Below, piece after piece: positions 30,178 to 40,602 of a DNA stretch of 60,921 bases (the stretch's first letter is position 1; each line of letters opens with the position of its first letter). The position numbers and the translations under genes are program-made. The notes beneath the pieces are model-generated. The model ran no database searches, was not told where the DNA came from, and saw only the letters and a program-made list of their open reading frames with translations. Origin of the DNA: an uncultured Methanosarcinaceae archaeon (GTDB lineage Archaea; Halobacteriota; Methanosarcinia; Methanosarcinales; Methanosarcinaceae); NCBI GenBank assembly GCA_963721455.1, contig CAVRJG010000017.1:1-60921 (forward strand), read 5' to 3'.

Positions 30178-31685
30178 GCACAAGCGCCTCCGATATGTTC
30201 TCTGCTGATATATTCTCTACCTGCGCATTCTCCTCTGTCAGCCGTATCTTCGATTATTTTTCCGGCCTCCATGCGAATAACCCTCTCTGCATGGTCTTTT
30301 ACAAGCTGCATATTGTGAGTTACCATGATTATTGTGTGCCCTTCCTGCTGGAGTTTTCGCATGAGCTGCATCATCCTGTCCGACTCGTTTGCATCCAGGC
30401 CTGTTGTAGGTTCATCGAGTACGATCAATTCGGGCTTCATGGCAATTACGCAGGCAACAGCCAGCCTTTGCCTTTCTCCCCTGCTCAGGTGGCGGGGAAA
30501 AACGTTCTTTTTTTCACTCAGATTTACAAGCTCAAGGGAATGTGTGATTGCTTTGGCTGCTTCAGGCCCATATATGCCAATATTGTTTAATCCGAATGCA
30601 ATTTCGGCCTCTACGGTATCTTCAAAGAGCATGTTGTCCGGGTTCTGGAAGACGAGCCCTGTGTGTTTGACAAGCTCGTTTATAGGAACTTTTGAAGTCT
30701 CAAGCCCTTTTATGACCACATTTCCGGAATAAGGGCGCAGAAGGCCGTTAAAATGTTTTACGAGCGTTGTTTTGCCTGAACCATTTTCCCCAAGAATTGA
30801 AACAAGCTCGCCTGGGTAAATCTCCAGGTCTATGCAGTCGAGTGCCAGGACTTCTCCGTAACGTTGTGTGAGTTTCTTTATGGAAATTACCGGCTGGTTT
30901 TTCTGGATTCGGGCCTGAAGTTTTTTATCATAATTCATGTTCAGGGCCTGTTCTGCAGGTTCAGGACTGACAGGCTCAGAAACAGGAAAAGATACTGCAA
31001 AATCTGCCGGGCTTTTTATAGCTTTTATTTTGCCCTTCTCAAGAAGCACGACTCTGTCCCCAATTTCCAGAAAATCCTCTATATTGTGGTCGATAATTAT
31101 GATAGTCTTTCCAGCTTCTTTCAGCCGCTTTAGAATCGAAAAGATTCTCCTTACGGCTTTTGTGTCCAGTTCGGCTGTGGCTTCGTCAAGGATAAGGACT
31201 TCGGTATCGAGGGCAAGGGTTGCTGCAAGGGCAACTTTCTGCTTCTGCCCGCCAGAAAGGGTGTGAGGAGCCCGGTTTTTCAGGCGGCTGATTTCACAGA
31301 ATTCCATTACCTCTTCCAGCCTGCGAATGAGCTCGTCTTCGGAATGGCCGCGGTTTTCGAGTCCTGAACGGATTTCTTCTTCGACACTTGTAAAGATAAG
31401 CTGTGATTCAGCATCATCAAAGACCATCCCTATATGCCGGCTCAATTCCTTCATGCCGTCAAAATCCCTGATATTCCTGTTTTTGAAAATAATTTCTCCT
31501 TCGATCCGGCCCCCGATTTCGTGGTGCAGGATGCCTGCCATTGCAAGGGCAAGCGTGGTTTTTCCGGCTGCACTGTGCCCGGTGACCAGGAGAAGTTCTC
31601 CTTCTCGGATCTCGAGGCTGACATTTTTCAAAGTAGAGTTTTCAGCTGTGCCGTATGTATAAGAAAAGTCTCTGAGTTCGATCAT
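30174..31685 (-). CDS. ECF transporter duplicated ATPase
   Basis: Two ABC domains: GHSAAGKT/LSGGQ/ILDE and GENGSGKT/FQNPD/LSRGE/VLDEPT. Confidence 0.92.
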   Translation of the reverse strand: MIELRDFSYTYGTAENSTLKNVSLEIREGELLLVTGHSAAGKTTLALAMAGILHHEIGGRIEGEIIFKNRNIRDFDGMKELSRHIGMVFDDAESQLIFTSVEEEIRSGLENRGHSEDELIRRLEEVMEFCEISRLKNRAPHTLSGGQKQKVALAATLALDTEVLILDEATAELDTKAVRRIFSILKRLKEAGKTIIIIDHNIEDFLEIGDRVVLLEKGKIKAIKSPADFAVSFPVSEPVSPEPAEQALNMNYDKKLQARIQKNQPVISIKKLTQRYGEVLALDCIDLEIYPGELVSILGENGSGKTTLVKHFNGLLRPYSGNVVIKGLETSKVPINELVKHTGLVFQNPDNMLFEDTVEAEIAFGLNNIGIYGPEAAKAITHSLELVNLSEKKNVFPRHLSRGERQRLAVACVIAMKPELIVLDEPTTGLDANESDRMMQLMRKLQQEGHTIIMVTHNMQLVKDHAERVIRMEAGKIIEDTADRGECAGREYISREHIGGACA

Positions 31686-32206
31686 GCTTTCCCCCGTGAG
31701 AGCACTCTTGAGGCAGGAAGGTAAAGTATCTGGACAATAACGGCGTTGGCAATTGCAGTTAATACTACGATCGGGATAACGGCAGCTGCAAAAGCTCCCA
31801 TGGTTGTGAACTTGGACAGGATTGCAGGGGCAACCAGAAGCATTGAAACGATTACGAAGGTTGTCCCGCTGGCCAGGGTCCCGATCAGGGTTGAAAGAGC
31901 AGGAGAGATTGAAAGTTTATTCCTGAGGGCTTTGTAGGTTAACAGGCAGGCGACTGCACCCACAGGTTCGCTGATAAGATTTGAAGGCGGAAATATCGAA
32001 TGACTTAGAAGGGCACATACTATACCTGCTACAATCCCGATCCCTATGACTTCAGTGAATGTGGGTATTACAAGGATAATGGCAAGACAGTAAAAGGCTA
32101 TTACAAGATTCGAGACGATCGGGCCCGGGATTACCAGGGATAAGTAGCGCACTATTGCACCGACTGCAAGTAAAATTCCAACGACAGCAATATCCTGAGA
32201 TTTCAT
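31682..32206 (-). CDS. ECF transporter substrate-specific S component
   Basis: Small, very hydrophobic protein (MKSQDIAVVGILLAVG..., NLISEPVG) heading the ECF operon; substrate not determinable. Confidence 0.8.
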   Translation of the reverse strand: MKSQDIAVVGILLAVGAIVRYLSLVIPGPIVSNLVIAFYCLAIILVIPTFTEVIGIGIVAGIVCALLSHSIFPPSNLISEPVGAVACLLTYKALRNKLSISPALSTLIGTLASGTTFVIVSMLLVAPAILSKFTTMGAFAAAVIPIVVLTAIANAVIVQILYLPASRVLSRGKA

Positions 32207-32491
32207 TAAAACCCACTTCCTGTAAACATTTTTCGGGAAATTCTCATGTAAATATAAACTCACTGTGCTTATAAACTCAACAATTCAATTCCACAATATG
32301 GTACAACAGGGTATACTAATGTACATTATTATATATACTTTATGCTTCAGAGGTTCATGTTGTATATTTTTTCCCGGATTCCAGTCCAGAACGGCTGCAG
32401 GGCTGAAGGTAGGCCGGAAAAGGCTTTTGATGGGAAAACTGATCTGGGGTAAGGACATAGGATTAAACAAGGATTATTCCGGGGTCTGGTT

Positions 32492-33403
32492 ATGTCGTCG
32501 GTGAATGAACATGAGCTTGATGAAGTCAGGACTATTGAAGAGGGGTTCAAAAAAGCGTATGAAGGGGATTTGAAAGGGACAGTAGATGCTATTGACAAAC
32601 TCAGGGATTTCACATTCCAGCTAATTCACATGGATGTCACCGCAGAAAATGAGCTGGATATAAAGGCACTCGTGATATCGATAGGGGATATCGGCAGGGT
32701 AGCTGCTGAAATGAAAATGGAGCCGGCATGCGCAGCTTCAAGTCGTTCTCTGGGGGGCATAACTCTTGAAGCTGCTGGTCAGAAGCGGGAGTCACTTGCC
32801 ATAAAAGCTCTGTCCATTGTCGGGAACCTTGCCCTGGAATTTACAGAAAAGGGTCTGGATACGGCAGCAAAAGATGCAGCCGAATCGCTTGGAAATTGCG
32901 GGAAGATTTCTTCAAGAATGAAAATGGAAAACCTGGCAAGCCTTTCTGAGATTTACCTTATGCGGATAGCCCTGAAGTCTATGGAAAAAAGCCTTTCTGA
33001 AATCGGACCTGCTGCTATAAGCTTCCTCGGAGAGATAGGAGTTTCTTCAGCCGAACAGGCGATCGAAATCAGCACCCTGGAGACTGCAGTCATTCTTGAA
33101 GATCTGGGTAATGCCGCTGTAAGGGAAAAGAACGAGTCCTGCGTAAAGGCAGTAATCCAGGCACTTGAAAGCATTGGGGCAGCGGTTTCTCAGTGTGGCC
33201 TGAAAAATATACTCGTCCAGATCGCGTGGTCCCTGGAAACAATTCGGGTTCTTACTCTGGATCAGGGTTTGAAAGCTGCTTGCCTTGAAGCAAAAGCTGC
33301 GCTTGAATCCCTGAATACTGCAGGCATGCTTGATGAAGAGCAGAATCTGGAAAAAATTCAGGAAATAAAGGAATACCATTCCCTTATCCTGAAAAAGGGC
33401 TGA
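32492..33403 (+). CDS. Hypothetical helical-repeat protein
   Basis: 303-aa ORF with recurring SLGxIG/LGEIG helical units. Confidence 0.7.
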   Translation: MSSVNEHELDEVRTIEEGFKKAYEGDLKGTVDAIDKLRDFTFQLIHMDVTAENELDIKALVISIGDIGRVAAEMKMEPACAASSRSLGGITLEAAGQKRESLAIKALSIVGNLALEFTEKGLDTAAKDAAESLGNCGKISSRMKMENLASLSEIYLMRIALKSMEKSLSEIGPAAISFLGEIGVSSAEQAIEISTLETAVILEDLGNAAVREKNESCVKAVIQALESIGAAVSQCGLKNILVQIAWSLETIRVLTLDQGLKAACLEAKAALESLNTAGMLDEEQNLEKIQEIKEYHSLILKKG

Positions 33404-33492
33404 GTACTTAAGAAATTCAGCAAACCAGAGGAAAAGCTTCGAAAATATGTTTTCAACATTTTGAGAGAAGAACATATAGAAAAGAAATTATA

Positions 33493-33570
33493 TGGTGCTC
33501 CGGCCGGGATTCGAACCCGAGTCTTCGGCTCGAAAGGCCGGAATGATTGGCCGGACTACACTACCGGAGC
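33493..33570 (-). tRNA. tRNA-Glu (TTC), CCA encoded
   Basis: GCTCCGGTAGTGTAGTCCGGCCAATCATTCCGGCCTTTCGAGCCGAAGACTCGGGTTCGAATCCCGGCCGGAGCACCA folds as a cloverleaf. Confidence 0.96.
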
Positions 33571-33610
33571 ACATCGCATCTCACAGCGAGACCTTCAATA
33601 GATGCTTGTG

Positions 33611-33620
33611 GTATATAAAT
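33611..33620 (-). promoter_or_regulatory. Archaeal TATA box upstream of tRNA-Glu
   Basis: ATTTATATAC on the minus strand, about 40 nt upstream of the mature 5' end. Confidence 0.5.
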
Positions 33621-33955
33621 CTGTCCCATCTCAAACCCTTCTGATGCAATCTGTTACTCAGATAAAGCTTTATGCAATCACTTTTGAAATCAATTTATAT
33701 TTTTTTTATAGGAATGGCGCAACTCGCCGGAAAGACATTTTCTAAAATATCTAAATTTGTTTCCTAAAAGCCGGGCTCAAAATCAGGAAATCTGGACGGA
33801 CAGACCATAAGTCAGAAGCTATCGTGATCAATTCAGTACTGGCAGCCTACAGCACTGGCTTTGCGAAGGGGCGTCCTGAGAAAGTCATGAGCTTTCTGAG
33901 ATAATCAAGAGAATCAAAAGAACCAATTAGCTAATTCATTACGGAAAAAAGATCG

Positions 33956-34033
33956 TGGTGCTCCGGCCGGGATTTGAACCCGAGTCTTCGGCTCGAAAGG
34001 CCGGAATGATTGACCGGACTACACTACCGGAGC
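33956..34033 (-). tRNA. tRNA-Glu (TTC), CCA encoded, second copy
   Basis: Same cloverleaf; two substitutions relative to the 33493 copy (D loop and T loop). Confidence 0.96.
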
Positions 34034-34163
34034 TTTTCGTATATTTGGGCTTATTTCCCCTATTGAAGGGACTCTTCAATAAGGGGTTCTTTTATATATA
34101 TTTATCGGTTGCCGCACCTTCTAAGGGTATACTGGCTTTTGCATTTTTTTAGAAATCTGTTTT

Positions 34164-34577
34164 TCAGATTTCCTCTTCAGCTTCTTTCTCATCTTCAATA
34201 TATTCAACATCTTCTTTGATTTCGTCGGTTTCTTCCGATTTCCTGGCTTCTTCTACCGTGAGGTTTCTAATCCATTCGCTGAGTCTCCCGCAGTATTCAG
34301 GTTGACAGTCGCCGGTGCAGCCCGTGCAGGCCGAAAACATTTCCCCTGCAAGAAGGAGGTCATATTTTTCCTTAACCTCTTCTTTTGCTTTCAGGAGGTA
34401 TGTTCTTGCTCCGTTTGAGACACCAACCTCACGTATAATAAGGTCTTTATCCAGAAGCTTCTTAATAATTCTGGAACATTTCCTGCTGTCGATATCCAGC
34501 TCTTTCCAGATGACGTTCTGGAAAACGCCTTCTTTATGTCTTCTTATTATATTGTAGGCTTCTTCTTCAATATCCAT
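34164..34577 (-). CDS. Winged-HTH transcriptional regulator with Cys cluster
   Basis: GVFQNVIWKELDIDSRKCSRIIKKL wHTH, then CTGC..C...C and an acidic tail. Confidence 0.78.
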   Translation of the reverse strand: MDIEEEAYNIIRRHKEGVFQNVIWKELDIDSRKCSRIIKKLLDKDLIIREVGVSNGARTYLLKAKEEVKEKYDLLLAGEMFSACTGCTGDCQPEYCGRLSEWIRNLTVEEARKSEETDEIKEDVEYIEDEKEAEEEI

Positions 34578-34609
34578 GCTTCCACACTAATGAAATTCCT
34601 TATGAAGCT

Positions 34610-34834
34610 TCATTCTTCGACAGGAGTGATCAGTATGATGTTATTACCCCGAAGCACCACAGAACCAAGGGAGCGAACTTTTTCTCCTCTTACGATCTCC
34701 ATGGTATCCACGAGATGAAGGTTCATGTAGTCATCCACACTCTTAAGAGTGCCTTCAAGCAGATTAAGGTCGCCTTTCATTTCTACCTGGATCCTTGATC
34801 CAACGATTTTCTGAACTTTTTTATTTGGGAACAA
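34610..34834 (-). CDS. Sm-like (Lsm) RNA-binding protein
   Basis: Sm1 GTLKSVDDYMNLHL and Sm2 VVLRGNNI motifs. Confidence 0.92.
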   Translation of the reverse strand: MFPNKKVQKIVGSRIQVEMKGDLNLLEGTLKSVDDYMNLHLVDTMEIVRGEKVRSLGSVVLRGNNIILITPVEE

Positions 34835-35169
34835 ATTTAAACCCTCGCTTATTTATTCTGGATTTTCCCCGTACTCCCGGGTTCCTGTTTCTTACGTCCC
34901 AAGCCGGTGCGGGGCAAGCCATATTAGAGCCGTATCCACACCTACGGTCCGTTTTCTGCCTGTACCAGCCACTTCCTGCCAGCAACTGAGAAATTATTCT
35001 GTATCGTCACTCCACCGGCTTTTAAGAAAACTGAAAATTACATACCCTTTACAGAGATATATAACCATCGATCTCCAGAGTTCTCAAAAGAACTCTGAAT
35101 TCAAACAGCTCCTTCCAAAACACAGTTAAAGCTTTTTGATTTCACAAATTGTAAGCTGTTTTATCCGGG

Positions 35170-35568
35170 TCAGATATAACCCTGAATATCCGTACTTTCG
35201 TCAACAGGCTTTGCAGTTTCTTTTCTCGGCCTCGGGATTGCTCTTGCAATGGGCCCGAAGACGGATTCGTATTCATTTATATGCTGGGTCAGCCAGCGGT
35301 TAAGCTCAAGAGCAGCAACCGGAGAGAGTATCACTTCGGTTTCTACGCGCCTTTCGATAATCCTGGACTCTGAGGCATCCCCAAACATCTTGGGGGTATC
35401 ATTGTAAAAACCGATCCTGAAATCATAGGGGCTGTGCCCGCCTGCGGCTCCAATAGCATATATCTGCCGGAAGTTTTGAGGTTTCAGAAACTCAATTGCA
35501 ATACTTTTTTTCCCTTTTTTGGAAGCTGCGTTTTCGATATTTTCCCTAGATTCGACATCCTCGGTCAT
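35170..35568 (-). CDS. Conserved hypothetical protein (DUF3467-like)
   Basis: YAIGAAGGHSPYDFRIGFYND and EVILSP; ATG at 35568 follows a GAGGT RBS. Confidence 0.75.
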   Translation of the reverse strand: MTEDVESRENIENAASKKGKKSIAIEFLKPQNFRQIYAIGAAGGHSPYDFRIGFYNDTPKMFGDASESRIIERRVETEVILSPVAALELNRWLTQHINEYESVFGPIARAIPRPRKETAKPVDESTDIQGYI

Positions 35569-35748
35569 AAAATTACCTCTATACTTTGCTCTCAGGAATG
35601 TTCCTGGGATCAAGTTCTAATCTCAGATACTGACCAGTTATTTCAGATACTGGACATTTATTTAATGTAAACGACTTATTCCCCATATAAAAAGGAATAT
35701 TATTACTCTTCACTATAGAATGTTACCTGCAAAAAGGCTTTTGATCTT

Positions 35749-38229
35749 TCAGCCCTGGACTTTCTTTTTAAGCTTCTTTGCATCTTCTGCGACACCCTTT
35801 TTTGAGTGGACCTTTGCTATCAGTTCCACAGCATCAAGATTGCGGACTGCGTTGTCCAGGTACCCGAAAACGTCGCCCTGGTATGCGGAAATTCCGTACT
35901 TGTCTTCGAGTTTTTTTACAATCTGCACCGGATCCAGTTCTTCAGTACGCAGCCGGATTATTTTCTCTGAAAACTTCTGCTCTGCACAGCCACAGTAAGG
36001 CGAATCTTTGCACACACAGGTCAAAAAGTCCGAAGCAAAGTTCAACATGAGCTCCCGGATTTTCGCATCAAGCTGGGAGAGGGATTCTCCGTCAAAGACT
36101 ATATCAAGAGTAGCTCCCTGAAAAACCCTTGAAGGCATATTCACATGCAGGGAACTTCCGATCTGGTTTGCATACTTGAAATATGCAGCATCGAAAAACT
36201 CCAGGTTCGTTACGATCTTCAGGGGATCATTCTCCTCAAGCACTGCGTCCCGAATCAAGAAAGCTTTGGATACCGGAAGGAAATGGGCCGCAATTATTTT
36301 TCCAAAGCGCGTAAGCGTTATCTTATTTCCCTTCCTTTCCACAAAACGGTAGCTCTGCAGGCGCAAGATCTGTTTGTCCAGATTAAAGCTTCCGAACATC
36401 AGGCTGTGAATCTTTCTGAGATCCTGGACTGAGGAAGTGACAGCAACGGATGCAAGAACTTCTTCAAGCTGTTCGGCTTCTCCGTATTCGACCCCAGCGG
36501 AGAGCATTTCTCCCTGCAGCAGTTTGATTGCAACCTCCTCTTCGGTATCGGACTGGGAGCTTGTATAAGACTTCCCTGGAACAGGCATGAGCACCACAAT
36601 TCCTCTGTCGTGGTAGTCCGGCCTGCCTGCTCTTCCGCTCATCTGCAGAAAGTCCTGGACTGAGATCCAGTCTATCCCCATTGCCAGAGACTCAAATATC
36701 ACCTGGGAAGCCGGAAAATCCACGCCAGCTGCGAGAGCAGCAGTGGTAACTACTACAGGAAGCTGTCCTTTTGCAAAGAGAGTTTCAACCTTTTTCCTTT
36801 CATACTGAGAAAGTCCTGCATGATAAGGAGCTGCCTGAATTGAAAGGGCTCCTGCAAGCTTGTGGCAGTTTCTGCGTGAGTTTGTAAAGACAATGGTCTG
36901 TCCCCTGTGCTTTTTGGAAGAGAGCATTGAATACTCTTCTTTTGCAAGCTGGGAAATCAGGTTTGCCTTTTCGTTATCCTGGCAGAAGAGAAGATGCCTG
37001 TCAATAGGCACAGGCCTGTGCTCGTAGAGGATAAGCCGGGCTCCAAGTTTCTTTGCATAGGCTTCAGGGGTTGCAACGGTTGCGGAAAGGTAAATGAATT
37101 GAGCTTCAGGTGATGCATAGCGCAATCTTCCTATTAGCCCGTCCAGCCGGTGTCCCCTTTCCTGGTCTTCGAGCATATGGACCTCGTCTATAACTACAGT
37201 CCCTATTTTGCCCAGAAAATCGGCATTTCCTGAGCGGAGCATATGGTCTATGCCCTCGTAAGTCCCTACGATTATATCTGCACCCGGACTTGTATGCATT
37301 TTCACGCGCTGAGAGGTCTTTATGAGGATTGCGCCGATTTTTATGGATGTGGTGAGCCCAAGCTTTGAATAGCGTTCCTGGAACTGGTCGTACTTCTGGT
37401 TTGCAAGAGCGACGAGAGGAACCAGATAAAGCATCTTTCCTTTTTTATCCAGAAGGTTCTGGACTCCTGCCATTTCCCCTATCAGGGTCTTTCCTGTTGC
37501 AGTTGCCGAGACTACAAACTGGTTTTTTCCTTCCAGAAGCCCGGCTTCTACAGACAGAGCCTGGACAGGGAGCAGGGTCTCGGATTTCTGGAGCAGCATA
37601 TCCTTGAACTTTTTTGCAAGTGGGAGATTCTTTATCCTGAATGTAGTTTCTGAAGGTTTTGTCCTTATAGTGTCGTAACGCGTAAACTCAGGGTCCAGCC
37701 TTTCAGGGCTCAGCATCCGGATAGTCCTGTCCAGGTCCCTTGTTTTGAAAAGAACCTTCTCCAGAAAATCCACGGATTTTTCCCCGTACTGCACGCCTGC
37801 AGAGCGGACTGCACGCAGAAGTTCTTCTTTTGCACATTCTGCACAGATGAGTTCGTCATGGTACTTGATAGATTTGTTATTTACAAAGTTAAAGCGTTTA
37901 TTGATCCAGCAGTGCTTGCATATTTTAACTCTGTCCACGTCGAGTTGAAAACCTTTTAGCATTTCAAGAAAAGCAGCCTCATTTGAAGGGTCCCCTCCTT
38001 CTGCAAGCATTATCCTGTTTGCACTGCGTAAAAGCTCTATAAATTGCTGAGGAGGAATGAATTCTTCTTTTTTCTTGCCGGCGAGAAGCCTTATTTTATG
38101 AGGGCGCGGCCCTTTGTAACTATCCTTTACATGGAGCTCGGCCACATAAAGCGGCTGCTTCATCCGGTCCTTTATAGCCATAACTATTATCTTAGATTTT
38201 TCAGCGTAGCTTAGGACCCAGAGCGTCAT
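35749..38229 (-). CDS. Archaeal DEAD/DEAH-box (Ski2-like) helicase with C-terminal Cys cluster
   Basis: SATATGKT, DEVH, LSAT, YHAGL, QMSGRAGR and CVCKDSPYCGC. Confidence 0.92.
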   Translation of the reverse strand: MTLWVLSYAEKSKIIVMAIKDRMKQPLYVAELHVKDSYKGPRPHKIRLLAGKKKEEFIPPQQFIELLRSANRIMLAEGGDPSNEAAFLEMLKGFQLDVDRVKICKHCWINKRFNFVNNKSIKYHDELICAECAKEELLRAVRSAGVQYGEKSVDFLEKVLFKTRDLDRTIRMLSPERLDPEFTRYDTIRTKPSETTFRIKNLPLAKKFKDMLLQKSETLLPVQALSVEAGLLEGKNQFVVSATATGKTLIGEMAGVQNLLDKKGKMLYLVPLVALANQKYDQFQERYSKLGLTTSIKIGAILIKTSQRVKMHTSPGADIIVGTYEGIDHMLRSGNADFLGKIGTVVIDEVHMLEDQERGHRLDGLIGRLRYASPEAQFIYLSATVATPEAYAKKLGARLILYEHRPVPIDRHLLFCQDNEKANLISQLAKEEYSMLSSKKHRGQTIVFTNSRRNCHKLAGALSIQAAPYHAGLSQYERKKVETLFAKGQLPVVVTTAALAAGVDFPASQVIFESLAMGIDWISVQDFLQMSGRAGRPDYHDRGIVVLMPVPGKSYTSSQSDTEEEVAIKLLQGEMLSAGVEYGEAEQLEEVLASVAVTSSVQDLRKIHSLMFGSFNLDKQILRLQSYRFVERKGNKITLTRFGKIIAAHFLPVSKAFLIRDAVLEENDPLKIVTNLEFFDAAYFKYANQIGSSLHVNMPSRVFQGATLDIVFDGESLSQLDAKIRELMLNFASDFLTCVCKDSPYCGCAEQKFSEKIIRLRTEELDPVQIVKKLEDKYGISAYQGDVFGYLDNAVRNLDAVELIAKVHSKKGVAEDAKKLKKKVQG

Positions 38230-38650
38230 TGTTTATCCTGATATGTGAATGGTATAAGTAAGCTTCCTTTAGGAACTTAAAAATCAATTTTATTCTGCCT
38301 GATATTATGTTATTTTATTAATCCTGGCAGCATATGTTTGCATTTACAGGTGAAAGTGTGTTATTGTGTGTTATTAATACTTCCAGCATTGTTCCGATGC
38401 ACACCTGTTTACCTTATTCCTTTTCGTGTGCACATTCTGTATTTATCTTCGTTTGAGCGACACATCTATAGGTGGCTATTATATAAGTATTTTATCACTT
38501 ATTTATTATATAATTAAAACTCAGCTAAGAGTTCTACAAATATTGATGGTATTTGCAAAAATTTTTACAGAGCGTATTTACACAAAATATCAGGAGGAGC
38601 TGGATTGCGATGGAGGGCATTTTCCCTGGTTTCTTCTTTAAAACACGGCT

Positions 38651-39427
38651 TTATAAGCAGGCTCCTTCCTTTGCAAACCTGCACCTGCAGTTTCGGGTTT
38701 CTTGAATATTTTCGATCGTATCCGAAATAATCTCAAAGATTGCATCCTGAGCTTTTCCCACGACCTCAGTAACTTCATCTGCTGTCAGTTTCTGTGTGGT
38801 CATTCCGCATGCCTGATTTGTGACAATGGCAAGAGAGGCATAGCAGAGGCTGAGTTCTTTTGCAAGGATTACTTCAGGCACACCAGTCATACCCACAACA
38901 TCTGCAAACTGGCTCATCATGCGGATTTCTGCTCTGGTCTCAAAACGCGGACCTTCAGTACCCGCATAAATTCCTTCGGTGTAGGAAAGCCCCTGTTTTT
39001 CCAGGGCATTCCTGAGAGTTGCCCTGATTTCCGGGCAGTAGGGCTCAGAGACATCGACATGTACCGTCGTGTCATCGTAAAAGGTCGAAGGTCTGGCCCG
39101 GGTAAAATCCATGAAGTCATCAAGTATTACAAAACTGCCCACTGGATGCCCTTTCATTGACCCAACGGAGTTTGTGGAGATTACACGCTCTGCCCCAAGG
39201 GCGTGTACCGCCCAGACATTGGCCCTGTAATTAATCCTATGCGGCGGGATGTGGTTTTTTCCGGCATGCCTCGGAATTACTGCAATTCTTTTCCCTCTTA
39301 TAACGGTAAGATAGGCTGTAACTTCCCCATAAGGAGTATGTACCGGCTGGCTTTCGAATTCCATGTATGAATTGAAACCCACGCCGCCGAGCACTGCAAT
39401 TTCAACATTTTCAGCTGCCTTTTCCAT
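38651..39427 (-). CDS. mtnP: S-methyl-5'-thioadenosine/thioinosine phosphorylase
   Basis: PRH...H.IPPHRINYRAN, EGPRFETRAE, DVVGMT and VTN motifs. Confidence 0.88.
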   Translation of the reverse strand: MEKAAENVEIAVLGGVGFNSYMEFESQPVHTPYGEVTAYLTVIRGKRIAVIPRHAGKNHIPPHRINYRANVWAVHALGAERVISTNSVGSMKGHPVGSFVILDDFMDFTRARPSTFYDDTTVHVDVSEPYCPEIRATLRNALEKQGLSYTEGIYAGTEGPRFETRAEIRMMSQFADVVGMTGVPEVILAKELSLCYASLAIVTNQACGMTTQKLTADEVTEVVGKAQDAIFEIISDTIENIQETRNCRCRFAKEGACL

Positions 39428-39465
39428 TTTTATATTTCCCTTCCGCCGTTTTTTTGCTTACAACT

Positions 39466-40602
39466 TCAGACGACTTTTTTCTTTCTTCTTCCCTTTACTC
39501 TATCTTCGTTTCCGGAAGCCGGATTTGACACGGTATATTTTATGCCTGCAAGAGCGATAAGAACTGAAACAGTGATCGAATACACGAAGTACTGGAGTGC
39601 AAGGGCTGCGTCATTAGTGACTCCGTCCGAAAGGGAAGCTGTCGCTAAAATATATGTGCTTGCGCCCCAGAAGAGCAGCCCGGTTGCGATCACAAAGAGA
39701 GCGATTGAGATATTCTTGTATATGGGTTTATCTTCCATCCTCAGGTCAAATATTTTCCCGAGGTCAGCGAGCAGCAGGGCTCCTGCGTACCACCAGACCG
39801 AGGCATTGATGAATACCGAAACAAGCGTAAGGGTTCCATGATACCAGACTCCCTCTGCCGAATAAAGTTTCCATACTTCCATAGCGCCGTATGCAGTTGC
39901 TACAAGTGTTGTAAGCAGGGCAGCGGTATAGCTGATAAAAACCATTCTTTGTTCCAGAAAAGCATCCCAGAGCCTTTCTTTTTCAAGGGCGACAATGTCA
40001 TCCAGCCCGAAGCCCCGGTATAACATGTAAAGCCCGACAGCTGCAAGAATTCCCACAACTGCGCCTTCGGGATAGCGGGCAAGCAGGAATATGGCGTAAA
40101 TAAGAAAAGCAAGCCCTAAAGGCACAAAGAATGTCTGGGATATCTTCGGGTCGCTGAAGACGTGTTTCAGGATATAATAGGTACTTTCCAGGTTTTCGCT
40201 CTGCATTACAACAATTCTTTTCACGGAGTCGATTTTCATACGGGACTGGACAATAGGAACAAGAGTTTCGTCCTCTGCCCCGTCCGAGACAAATATCGCT
40301 CTCTGCACGTCGTTTATTTTGAGGAAAGTCTCGAGCTGCTCGGCAATTTTCTGGTCTGAGATCACTCCAACGTTTTTGTCCCCTGCAAAAGAAACTATCT
40401 CCGCGTCAGTTCCCTTTGCCCGCAATTCGTCAAGAATCCTGATTCCGCCGAAAATGGTATTCGTATCCGAGTCCTCCGGATCCGCGATCCCAAGTGCGAC
40501 TGCGGCCTGGACGTTTGCTTCCCGTCCTACTATTGGGGTTCCTAGCTTTGCTTTTTCGCCCAGGTCATTATCTCTGTCTATGCATATAACTAAAGTCTGC
40601 AT
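39466..40602 (-). CDS. DUF373 family membrane protein
   Basis: LVICIDRDNDLG, DPEDSDTN, SDGAEDE and VVMQS, then multiple TM helices. Confidence 0.85.
   Translation of the reverse strand: MQTLVICIDRDNDLGEKAKLGTPIVGREANVQAAVALGIADPEDSDTNTIFGGIRILDELRAKGTDAEIVSFAGDKNVGVISDQKIAEQLETFLKINDVQRAIFVSDGAEDETLVPIVQSRMKIDSVKRIVVMQSENLESTYYILKHVFSDPKISQTFFVPLGLAFLIYAIFLLARYPEGAVVGILAAVGLYMLYRGFGLDDIVALEKERLWDAFLEQRMVFISYTAALLTTLVATAYGAMEVWKLYSAEGVWYHGTLTLVSVFINASVWWYAGALLLADLGKIFDLRMEDKPIYKNISIALFVIATGLLFWGASTYILATASLSDGVTNDAALALQYFVYSITVSVLIALAGIKYTVSNPASGNEDRVKGRRKKKVV

Noticed and set aside
33955-34152. 65-aa ORF MVLRPGFEP...
   Set aside because: Antisense reading of tRNA-Glu
34850-34990. RNase P or SRP RNA
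   Set aside because: No GAGGAAAGTCC or SRP helix-8 consensus found; too short
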